A stretch of DNA of 45,980 bases from an uncultured Eubacteriales bacterium (GTDB lineage Bacteria > Acidobacteriota > Aminicenantia > Aminicenantales > Saccharicenantaceae), in NCBI GenBank assembly GCA_964541055.1, contig CAZIQR010000002.1, positions 1 to 45,980 on the forward strand, written 5' to 3'. Position 1 is the stretch's first letter. Each line of letters begins with the position of its first letter. A program made the position numbers and the translations under genes. Shown piece by piece: positions 33,963-41,284 of this stretch. The notes beneath the pieces were generated by a model. It was given only the letters and a program-made list of their open reading frames with translations, was not told the DNA's origin and made no database searches.

Positions 33963-35237
33963 ATGAACCCCCCCGCCAAGCTCAGGGGAGCGGTCTGGCT
34001 GACCGTCCTGAGCTTATTCGGCGCGGGCGTCCTGCTCTCCCGGCCGGGGCTCGAAAGGACCCTCTTCAGGGACCTGCCCTCGAACGACCCGGTCCAGGAG
34101 GTGGTCGAGACCATTCTCGGATCGAAGTACGCACCGGTCAAAAGCCTTTTCACCCCTGATGAATGGACGAACGGCGGATACGGCGCCGCTTGGGACCGGG
34201 CCCGGAGCTATTTCCCCGGCCGGGTCTATTTCGTCCGTCCCGGCACCTATTTCATGACCCATGGCTTCGACGCCGACGGCCGTCGCTTCATGGAGATCCA
34301 CGACTCGCCTTACCTCTCCCTCTGCGTGGCGAACCGCATCACCTTCACACCCGGCGCGATCGTCGGAGACTACGGCCGGATGCGGGCCGCCGAGAACGGC
34401 CGAGAGGCCTCGGCCTTCAGGGAGAAGCTCGGACGCCTCGAGGAAGGGTTTCGCGACGAGAAGGCCCATCGCGATCTCCGGGAAACGCTCGGCGGGCCGC
34501 TCTACGGGCGCCTGATCCAAGCCCTCCGCGATGAGGACTATCACATGCTCGCCGGTGGTCTCATCCACGAGGGCATGCACGCCGCCCTCGGCGACGCGCG
34601 GGCGGCAAGGCTCCAGGCCGAGTTCAAGGCCGGGACGCAGCCGGTCCAATGGGATGAGCTGGGGGCCTTCATGGCGGAGGCCGGCTACCACGCCCGCTTC
34701 GGCGGCTGGGCCGCCGCCGACATCCGCGCATCTTGGGGCCGGATCGAGCCGCTGCTCAAGGGGCTCGAAAAGTTCCGGAGAATGTCCCGGCTCCCGGCCG
34801 GCGGCAGCCGGACCGGATTCGACCGGATCAGGGCGCAGACTTGGGCCGAGGCGGCCCTCGTCCGCCTCAGGGCCCGCGAGATCTGGCAGTCGGCCCGGCG
34901 CATGGAGGAGCTTGTTGCGGGCTTCCGCCAGGACTATTGCCGCGGCGATGCTCCTCAGGACCTCGCGTCCCTGCTGGAGAAGCTCGAGAACGGCAGCGCT
35001 TCGTTCGTGGCCGCCGCCGGAGAGGCCATCCAGTCGAACGAGCTCGCCCTGCGCGCGCTCGAAGAGGTTCTGGACGCCTGGAGCGCCTGGGCCGGCGGAC
35101 GCCGTCCCTTCCCTCCGCCGATCACGGATTCGCAGGCAGCCCTTAAGCAGGCCACGGGCATCCGATGGCCCGCCGCGGACACGGCGGCGGCCGGCGCCCT
35201 CATGCGGAGGGCGGGCGAGGAACTCCTCAGAGACTAG
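33963..35237 (+). CDS. membrane-anchored hypothetical protein with HExxH motif (putative zinc metallopeptidase)
   Basis: 424 aa. N-terminal TM/signal anchor AVWLTVLSLFGAGVLLS. Motif GGLIHEGMHAALGD (HExxH), with WDELGAFMAEAGYH about 40 aa downstream. I recognise no family beyond the motif. Confidence 0.65.
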   Translation: MNPPAKLRGAVWLTVLSLFGAGVLLSRPGLERTLFRDLPSNDPVQEVVETILGSKYAPVKSLFTPDEWTNGGYGAAWDRARSYFPGRVYFVRPGTYFMTHGFDADGRRFMEIHDSPYLSLCVANRITFTPGAIVGDYGRMRAAENGREASAFREKLGRLEEGFRDEKAHRDLRETLGGPLYGRLIQALRDEDYHMLAGGLIHEGMHAALGDARAARLQAEFKAGTQPVQWDELGAFMAEAGYHARFGGWAAADIRASWGRIEPLLKGLEKFRRMSRLPAGGSRTGFDRIRAQTWAEAALVRLRAREIWQSARRMEELVAGFRQDYCRGDAPQDLASLLEKLENGSASFVAAAGEAIQSNELALRALEEVLDAWSAWAGGRRPFPPPITDSQAALKQATGIRWPAADTAAAGALMRRAGEELLRD

Positions 35238-36892
35238 CTCGGCCTCGTGAGCAGGCCGTCCAATCCCCACTTCTTCTCGGCCGCGAGGGTGCGGAGCGGT
35301 TTCTTCGGCGGTACGAAGGACATGGCCCGCTCGGCGAAAGCCGTGATGGACAGGGCCGGGTTGACGCCCAGGTTCTCGGGGATCTGGGAGCCGTCGCAGA
35401 TGAACATCCCGGCGTAGCCCTTGACCCGGTTCCGCTCGTCGATGACGCCTTCCTCGGGCGTCGGGCCGAACGAGCAGCCGCCGAGGATATGGGCGGTGAT
35501 GGGCGCCCCGACCGTGACTTCGCTGATGACGTTGGCCGCGCCGCCGCCGATCCGCCGGGCCAAGCGCTTGCCGAAATCGTTGCCGGCCGGGAACCAGGTG
35601 GGGTGCCGGGAATCGCCGCCGGGCTTCGAGGCAAGGACCGTCGCGAAGGGGAAGAACCACGGCCGGCGCCGCTTCAGGTGGAAATAGTTGTCGACGGTCT
35701 GCATGACGAGCAGGATGATCGTTTCCTTGGCCCAATTATGCGGGCTACGGATGCGGAAGTTGCGGACGGGATGGCGAAGCTCGTTCCCGAGCCAGCGGAG
35801 CATGCGCGGCAGTCTCTTCCCGCCGTCGGTCAAGGCGGCGACCAGGGCGCACATGGCGTCATGCCCCTTACCGAAGCGGACCGGCTCGAGATGGGTCTCG
35901 TCGTCGGGATGGACGCTCGAGGTGATGGCCACGCCCCGGGTGAAGTCGTCTTTCTTGAAAGACCGGACGCCGAGCATGGTCTCGCTGTTCGTCCGGGCAA
36001 AGCGCCCGAGATGTTCGGAGAGGTTGGGAAGACGCTTTTTGCGTTTCAGGTCAAGAAGCAGGGTGTTGGTCCCGAGCGCCCCGGCGGCCAGGACGAGGCC
36101 TTTCGCCCGCAGCGTGAGGCCGCGTCGCCGGCGGAACAGGCCGGTCGTCTTGCGCGTCCGTAAGATGTATCCCTCGCTCCCGTCCGCGCCGAGCGCCTCG
36201 ATGTCGACGACCTTGTTCTCGGCGAAGATCCGGGCCCCGAACTTCTCGGCGAAGTAGAGATAGTTCTTGTCGAGGCTGTTCTTGGCGTCCTTGCGGCAGC
36301 CGGTCATGCACTCGCCGCAGAGCTCGCAGCCGACGCGGTCCGGCCCCTCGCCCTCGAAATAGGGATCGGCGGCCGGCTCGCCTTCCTGGCCGAAATAGAC
36401 GGCAACGTTGGTCAGGCGATAGGTGGACTCGCGCCCGATCTCGGCCGCCGTCTCGCGCATGGCCACGTCCTGGACCGTCTCGACGGGGTTGGGCGTGAGG
36501 CCGAGCATGCGGCCCGCGAGCTCATAATAAGGAAGGAGCTCGGCCTTGCCGCCGAGGCGCCGGACGCTCGGCCGCTCGAAAAAGACGTCGGGCGGGACGT
36601 AGAGGGTATTGGCATAGTTGAGGCTGCCGCCGCCGACGCCGGACCCGGCCAGGATGAAGGCGCCGTTGAGAAGCCTAAGGCGCCACGTGCCGTAGAGGCC
36701 GAGGCCGGGCATCCAGATGAACTTGCGCAGGTTCCAGTTGCGGCGCGGGAACTGATCGGCGTGCCAGCGGCGGCCGGCCTCGACGACCCCGACCGAATAG
36801 CCCTTCTGGGCCAGGCGCATGGCCGAGACGCTGCCGCCGAAGCCCGAGCCGACAACGACGAAATCGAAAACGAGCTCGTCTGAGGTCTTCAT
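35234..36892 (-). CDS. GMC family FAD-dependent oxidoreductase (cholesterol oxidase-like)
   Basis: N-terminal FDFVVVGSGFGGSVSAMRLAQKGYSVGVVEAG (GxGxxG FAD fold). 552 aa. C-terminal GMC_oxred_C-like HILGGC...ICDGSQIP. Confidence 0.85.
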   Translation of the reverse strand: MKTSDELVFDFVVVGSGFGGSVSAMRLAQKGYSVGVVEAGRRWHADQFPRRNWNLRKFIWMPGLGLYGTWRLRLLNGAFILAGSGVGGGSLNYANTLYVPPDVFFERPSVRRLGGKAELLPYYELAGRMLGLTPNPVETVQDVAMRETAAEIGRESTYRLTNVAVYFGQEGEPAADPYFEGEGPDRVGCELCGECMTGCRKDAKNSLDKNYLYFAEKFGARIFAENKVVDIEALGADGSEGYILRTRKTTGLFRRRRGLTLRAKGLVLAAGALGTNTLLLDLKRKKRLPNLSEHLGRFARTNSETMLGVRSFKKDDFTRGVAITSSVHPDDETHLEPVRFGKGHDAMCALVAALTDGGKRLPRMLRWLGNELRHPVRNFRIRSPHNWAKETIILLVMQTVDNYFHLKRRRPWFFPFATVLASKPGGDSRHPTWFPAGNDFGKRLARRIGGGAANVISEVTVGAPITAHILGGCSFGPTPEEGVIDERNRVKGYAGMFICDGSQIPENLGVNPALSITAFAERAMSFVPPKKPLRTLAAEKKWGLDGLLTRPS

Positions 36893-37123
36893 GTCCGCGG
36901 GTGGGCCTCACTCTACAAAAGACTGGCGACGGGGTCAAGGGCCAAGAGCGCGCCCGCCCGGACGGGGCGGCCGGGCGAGCCGGATCGTCCCCGTGATATT
37001 CCGGCTCTAAATGTCATTTCATGAACAAGATAGTCCTCGGGGGAAGACAATTTTTTGGGTCGAATCCAATTTTTCAGGCGCGTCTTTTGACACAATTAAT
37101 GCTATCATCCGGGGTGAGTCATT

Positions 37124-39304
37124 ATGCTTGAGATACGCCCGTCTGCCAGTCTGCGTCTTCTTATCTTCACGGGCTTGGCTTTCTTGGCTATGACAGGTGC
37201 ATCGCCGGCTCCCGCCCGTGGACAGAACCAGACGCTGACGAAGCCTCTTCAATACGAAGTCAACGTCGTCCTCAAGCTCATCCATGTCTACGTGACGGAC
37301 AAGAAGGGCAACCCCGTGCCGGACCTGGTCGCGGGGGATTTCGTTGTAACGGACAACGGCCAGACGGTGGCGATCACGGCCCTCGAAAAGCACACCATCA
37401 AGGCCCAGCCCGCGTCTCCCGAGGAAGCCGCGCGCGTCGAGCCGCGTGAAGAGGCGCCCGTCGCGAAGCCTCAACCCGGCCCGGAGTCGAGCCGCAAGTT
37501 CTTCCTCTATTTCGATTTCGCCTATAACAACATGCGCGGCATCCTGAAGGCCCGCACGGCGGCCCTCCACTTCCTCGACGATGTTGTCCGTCCTGACGAC
37601 CAGGTGGCGGTGCTGACCTATTCCGCGGTCGGCGGCCTCTCCTTCCATGAATACCTGACGAGCGATCACGCCAAAGTGCGCAAGGTCCTTGAGGAGATCG
37701 GCCACCAGGACATCCGAGGTCGGGCGACCGAGATCGAAGACGCCTACTGGCGGCTGATGCAGGATTCCCCCGGCACCGGGGCCGGAGCGGCCATGGGCAC
37801 GAACTTCCGGGCGGAGGCCGACGCCAACCGCCAGGAATCGAGGAGCATGGCCCAGAGGTTCATCCTGGAGATGACGGGCCTGGCCCGCGCCCTGCGGCTC
37901 GTCGACGGGGAGAAACACTTCATCCTCTTCTCGACCGGCGTCCCCAACGCCTTGATCTATGGCTACACTCCAGGCAACCCCTTCTATCGGTCCGGCTTCG
38001 GCAGCGGCGAAACGGTCGGCGACAACGTCCTGCGCGGCCAGAACGAACAGATGTACAAGGAATTCAGCGCCGCGGGCTGCACGTATTACACGTTCGACAC
38101 GCGGGAAACGGCCAAAGAGGTCTCGCTCTTCACCTATGACGACGTCACCCTGGCGACCGGGGCCCGTTCCATGAGCACCGGGGTCACGGGCGCGACGGAC
38201 GTTTTCAAGGACGACAAGCAGGGCGGGCTGAACTCGCTCAAGCGGCTCTCCGACCTCACTGGCGGGAAATACTATTCGAACATCAATAGGTACGATAAGA
38301 ACCTGGCCCAGATCCAGGCCATGACAGGGACCTATTACGTCCTCGGTTACGCCATCAACGAGCGCTGGGACGGCCAGTTCCACGACGTCAAGGTCGCCGT
38401 CAACCGCAAGGGCTGCGAGGTCCGGGCCCAGGCGGGATACTTCAATCCCAAACCGTTCAGCGAATACACCGATCTCGAAAAGCAGATCCATCTCTTCGAC
38501 CTGGCGCTCAACGAGAAGGCCTTCTCGCGACTGCCTATCAACGTGCCGATGATCGCCTTGGCAACCGGAGCGGAAGGCCTCTCGCGGCTGGCCGTTCTGG
38601 CCAAGGTCCCGGCCGAGGTCACGGCCAAGCTCAAGGGCCAAAAGGTCGAATTCGTGGCCATCTTCTTTGATGCCAAGGGCGAGATCAGCGAGATCGTCCG
38701 GGAAGAGGCCGATCCGTCCGCGCTGAGGGACCGGGACTTCGCCTTTGCGGCGGGCGCGACGCTCAGCCCGGGGGATTACTCGTGCCGCCTGGTCATCCGG
38801 GACATAGGGACGGGCACGAGCGCCGTGGCCGCGGCCAAGGCGACGATCGTCAAGCCCCAGATCACGGGGCTCCAGCTCGGCACGCCCCTGATGCTCGAGG
38901 CCCGGACGGGATGCCGGCTTCTCGTCCCGACGGCAAAAAAGGCCAAAGCCGCTTTTCCCTGGGGCGAGATCTATCCTTATGACAGTGCGCTCTACGCGCC
39001 GGTCATGAACGAGTGTACGTCGGCGGCAGTGAACCTCGAGGCCGTCATCCCCTGCGCGAACGCGGCCGTCCAGTCGGACCTGGCCGTGACCGCGGCTCTG
39101 GTCAACGCCGCGACCGGGGCGCGCTCGCCCGTCGCCATCTCGGCGATGAACCGGACCCCCAAAGGCCCGCTCGAGATCCTGTCCCTGGAGATCCCGACGG
39201 CAGGCATTGCCCCGGGGACGTATTATCTGCATTTCTATGCCCAGGACAGGGCCTCGGGCGCGCTCGGGCACTCGTTCACGACCCTGGTCGTCGCCCCGCG
39301 ATAA
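37124..39304 (+). CDS. VWFA-related domain protein (TIGR03436-type, Acidobacterial)
   Basis: Signal peptide. N-terminal YEVNVVLKLIHVYVTDKKGNPVPDLVAGDFVVTDNGQTVAI is the characteristic start of this family. A VWA-like core follows (FFLYFDFAYNNMRG...VAVLTYS). Confidence 0.8.
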   Translation: MLEIRPSASLRLLIFTGLAFLAMTGASPAPARGQNQTLTKPLQYEVNVVLKLIHVYVTDKKGNPVPDLVAGDFVVTDNGQTVAITALEKHTIKAQPASPEEAARVEPREEAPVAKPQPGPESSRKFFLYFDFAYNNMRGILKARTAALHFLDDVVRPDDQVAVLTYSAVGGLSFHEYLTSDHAKVRKVLEEIGHQDIRGRATEIEDAYWRLMQDSPGTGAGAAMGTNFRAEADANRQESRSMAQRFILEMTGLARALRLVDGEKHFILFSTGVPNALIYGYTPGNPFYRSGFGSGETVGDNVLRGQNEQMYKEFSAAGCTYYTFDTRETAKEVSLFTYDDVTLATGARSMSTGVTGATDVFKDDKQGGLNSLKRLSDLTGGKYYSNINRYDKNLAQIQAMTGTYYVLGYAINERWDGQFHDVKVAVNRKGCEVRAQAGYFNPKPFSEYTDLEKQIHLFDLALNEKAFSRLPINVPMIALATGAEGLSRLAVLAKVPAEVTAKLKGQKVEFVAIFFDAKGEISEIVREEADPSALRDRDFAFAAGATLSPGDYSCRLVIRDIGTGTSAVAAAKATIVKPQITGLQLGTPLMLEARTGCRLLVPTAKKAKAAFPWGEIYPYDSALYAPVMNECTSAAVNLEAVIPCANAAVQSDLAVTAALVNAATGARSPVAISAMNRTPKGPLEILSLEIPTAGIAPGTYYLHFYAQDRASGALGHSFTTLVVAPR

Positions 39305-39346
39305 CCTTATCAGGCCCCGCCCCCGGGGAGATGGGACAGGATTGTT

Positions 39347-39390
39347 TTACCCTACATTTTCTTGACATTCGTCCTTTTGTAGGGTAATTT
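39347..39390 (+). promoter_or_regulatory. near-consensus promoter (TTGACA-17-TAATTT) embedded in the perfect palindrome TTACCCTACA-N21-TGTAGGGTAA
   Basis: Palindrome arms at 39347-39356 and 39378-39387. TTGACA at 39362-39367. TAATTT at 39385-39390. The ATG at 39397 is only 6 nt after the -10, with no SD. Confidence 0.55.
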
Positions 39391-39396
39391 GTCCGC

Positions 39397-40392
39397 ATGG
39401 AAGATCTTAGGAACGTCCTCAACGAAAATGCCGCGTTCTATAAGGACCAGGAACGGAAGATCTCCGCGCGGCTCGCCCTGCTCCCGAAAGGCACGGTCCG
39501 GATCAAGGTGATCGGCGAGGAGCATTATCATTATCTCCAATACAGAAAAGGCCGGTCCGTCAAAACGGATTATATCGGGAAGGTCGTTCCTCAAGAACTC
39601 AAGGACAACCTGGCGGAGAGGGACCGATTGGAGAAGGAACTGCTAAGGGTCCGGGAGGCCCAACGCCTCCTCAGATCGGGGCGAGGGGAGGAGCTCGATC
39701 TCACGGGCCCCGTCATGGACATCTTGCGGGCGATGACGGCGCACAAGCTCTGGGATGAGGGATTCGAGATCATCGGCAGCTGGTGTTTTCTTCTCTATCA
39801 AAAGCATCTGCCGATGGAGAAGTATCCTCTCCGGACGGAAGACCTCGATATTCTCGTGCCTCGACCGTTCAAGGGGCGTCCCTTTGACTTCGGAGAGCTC
39901 ATGGAGCGCCTGGGTTTCCGCCAGCATTTCAATGCGGACGGGTCCGTCTACTTTACCGGCAACCGGATGAAAGTGGAATTCGTCACCAAAGAAAGGAGGG
40001 ACGGAACCCTCCCCCCCCGCTTTATGAAGGAGATCTCCTTGACGCCCCAGGAACTGAGGCACCTGGAGATCCTCGCCGCCGAGCCTGTCACCCTCAAACT
40101 CGGACGGGGGACGCTGGCCCGCGTTCCCAGCCCCGCGGCATTCCTCTTGCACAAGCTTTTTCTGGCCGCCCGCCCTGAGCGATCGGCGAAGAGGGAAAAG
40201 GACATCAAACAGGCCGTATACGTCGGCCGGTATATTCTCACGGAAGCTTGTGAAAGAGCCCGATTACTCGGTCTTTGGGCCGGTCTCTCAAAGCGGTGGA
40301 AGTCTCTGGTCCGGCAGTCCTTGACAGGCGCCAAGGACTTGATGCCCCTGGAAACGCCTGCGATCGAGAGACTGCTGGAAATTCTAGGCTGA
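39397..40392 (+). CDS. Pol-beta-superfamily nucleotidyltransferase-fold protein (AbiEii / GSU2403-like) with fused N-terminal beta-hairpin/coiled-coil module
   Basis: 331 aa. NTase signature IIGSW (res 125-129) ... TEDLDILVP (D149, D151). N-terminal HYHYLQYRKGRSVKTDYIGK followed by a heptad-like ERDRLEKELLRVREAQRLL. Distinctly lower GC than all its neighbours. Confidence 0.7.
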   Translation: MEDLRNVLNENAAFYKDQERKISARLALLPKGTVRIKVIGEEHYHYLQYRKGRSVKTDYIGKVVPQELKDNLAERDRLEKELLRVREAQRLLRSGRGEELDLTGPVMDILRAMTAHKLWDEGFEIIGSWCFLLYQKHLPMEKYPLRTEDLDILVPRPFKGRPFDFGELMERLGFRQHFNADGSVYFTGNRMKVEFVTKERRDGTLPPRFMKEISLTPQELRHLEILAAEPVTLKLGRGTLARVPSPAAFLLHKLFLAARPERSAKREKDIKQAVYVGRYILTEACERARLLGLWAGLSKRWKSLVRQSLTGAKDLMPLETPAIERLLEILG

Positions 40393-40393
40393 T

Positions 40394-40434
40394 TTACCCT
40401 ACAAAACGCGGGATCCCCCGCCTCGGTAGGGCAA
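40394..40434 (+). repeat. second copy of the TTACCCTACA-N21-(T)GTAGGG(T)AA palindrome, starting 1 nt after the stop codon
   Basis: TTACCCTACA at 40394-40403 (identical to 39347-39356). Right arm gGTAGGGcAA at 40425-40434 (8/10). Same 21-nt spacing. The spacer contains a small GCGGG/CCCGC hairpin. Confidence 0.55.
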
Positions 40435-40486
40435 GCCAGCCCGGACTCGTCAAAAGTCGGCCGCTTCTTGGGCCGAAGAAAACCGC

Positions 40487-40564
40487 TTGACAGCGTTACC
40501 TCTGTCTACTATATTCCTATGCGTGCATGTTAATATTGATTTAATATTAATTTGAACGCATAGG
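40487..40564 (+). promoter_or_regulatory. promoter TTGACA-17-TATATT followed by the palindrome CCTATGCGT-N31-ACGCATAGG with an AT-rich core
   Basis: TTGACA 40487-40492. TATATT 40510-40515. Palindrome arms at 40516-40524 and 40556-40564. The core is TTAATATTgatTTAATATTAA. The right arm covers the weak SD (TAGG) of the MerR gene. Confidence 0.5.
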
Positions 40565-40570
40565 TATACT

Positions 40571-41278
40571 ATGAACAAAGACGTCCTGACCCTCCAAGAC
40601 CTCGCCGCCAAGTCCGGCGTCCCGGCTGAGCGCATCGCCGAATGGGCCAAGGTCAAGCTCGTCAGGCCCGAGGGCTACGGCGAAAAGAAGGCGCCGCTCT
40701 TCTCCGCCGCCTCCCTCGAGCGCGTGGCCCTCGTCCAGCGCCTGGCCGACCTCGGCTACGGCACGGACGAGATCCTCAAGATCGCCAAGAAGGTCGGGCT
40801 GCCGAAAGACGCCCGCGGCAAGAAGAAGGCCGCCGGCAAGGACCGCTTCCTGACCGTCGGCAACCTGGCCGAGCGCTCCGGCGTCAGCCCCCGCACGATC
40901 AAACACTGGGAAGACAAGGGCATCATCGAGCCCGACATGCGGACCGAGGGCGGCTTCCGGCTTTACTCCGAGTACTACGTTTTCCTCTGCCAGCTCATCC
41001 GCGATCTCCAGCTCTTCGGCTATTCGCTCGAGGAGGTCAAGGCCATCTCGAACGACGTTCGGACACTCCTCGCGATCGAGGACGACCTCGAGGCCACGCC
41101 GCCGGCCGAGGTCGAGAAGCGCCTCGCCGCCATGCTCGAGGCCATCCGCGGCCTTTATGACCGCATGAAGCTCATCGAGGAGGGCATCGAGCGCTGGCGC
41201 GACCAGCTCAAGAAGAAGAAAAGGGACATCCTCGCCCTCCAGTCCCGGAACGCCAAGCGGGCCAAGCCCGCGAAGTAG
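40571..41278 (+). CDS. MerR family transcriptional regulator with two tandem MerR-type HTH domains and a C-terminal coiled coil
   Basis: Domain 1, about res 6-72 (LTLQDLAAKSGVPAERIAEWAKVKLVRPEG...LFSAASLERVALVQRLADLGYGTDEI). Domain 2, about res 93-158 (LTVGNLAERSGVSPRTIKHWEDKGIIEPDMRTEGGFRLYSEYYVFLCQLIRDLQLFGYSLEEV). They are joined by a Lys-rich linker. Confidence 0.8.
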   Translation: MNKDVLTLQDLAAKSGVPAERIAEWAKVKLVRPEGYGEKKAPLFSAASLERVALVQRLADLGYGTDEILKIAKKVGLPKDARGKKKAAGKDRFLTVGNLAERSGVSPRTIKHWEDKGIIEPDMRTEGGFRLYSEYYVFLCQLIRDLQLFGYSLEEVKAISNDVRTLLAIEDDLEATPPAEVEKRLAAMLEAIRGLYDRMKLIEEGIERWRDQLKKKKRDILALQSRNAKRAKPAK

Positions 41279-41284
41279 GCCGCC

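Noticed and set aside
35234-35237. Convergent HExxH and GMC genes overlap by 4 nt at a CTAG palindrome, with both stops inside it.
   Set aside because: This is real in the sequence, but such 4-nt stop/stop overlaps occur by chance in compact genomes. I could form no further hypothesis.
37056-37075. tRNA T-arm-like string TTGGGTCGAATCCAA in the GMC/VWFA intergenic region.
   Set aside because: Only a 4-bp stem with a 7-nt loop forms. The surrounding ~80 nt contain no acceptor, D or anticodon arms. At most it is a tRNA fragment, and it is not supportable.
39352-39594. 80-aa minus-strand ORF overlapping the promoter and 5' end of the NTase gene, considered as a possible antitoxin or partner.
   Set aside because: It is fully antisense to the NTase N-terminus and promoter. 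It has no SD or promoter of its own that I can see and no DNA-binding motif. An antisense RNA role cannot be excluded, but nothing supports a protein.
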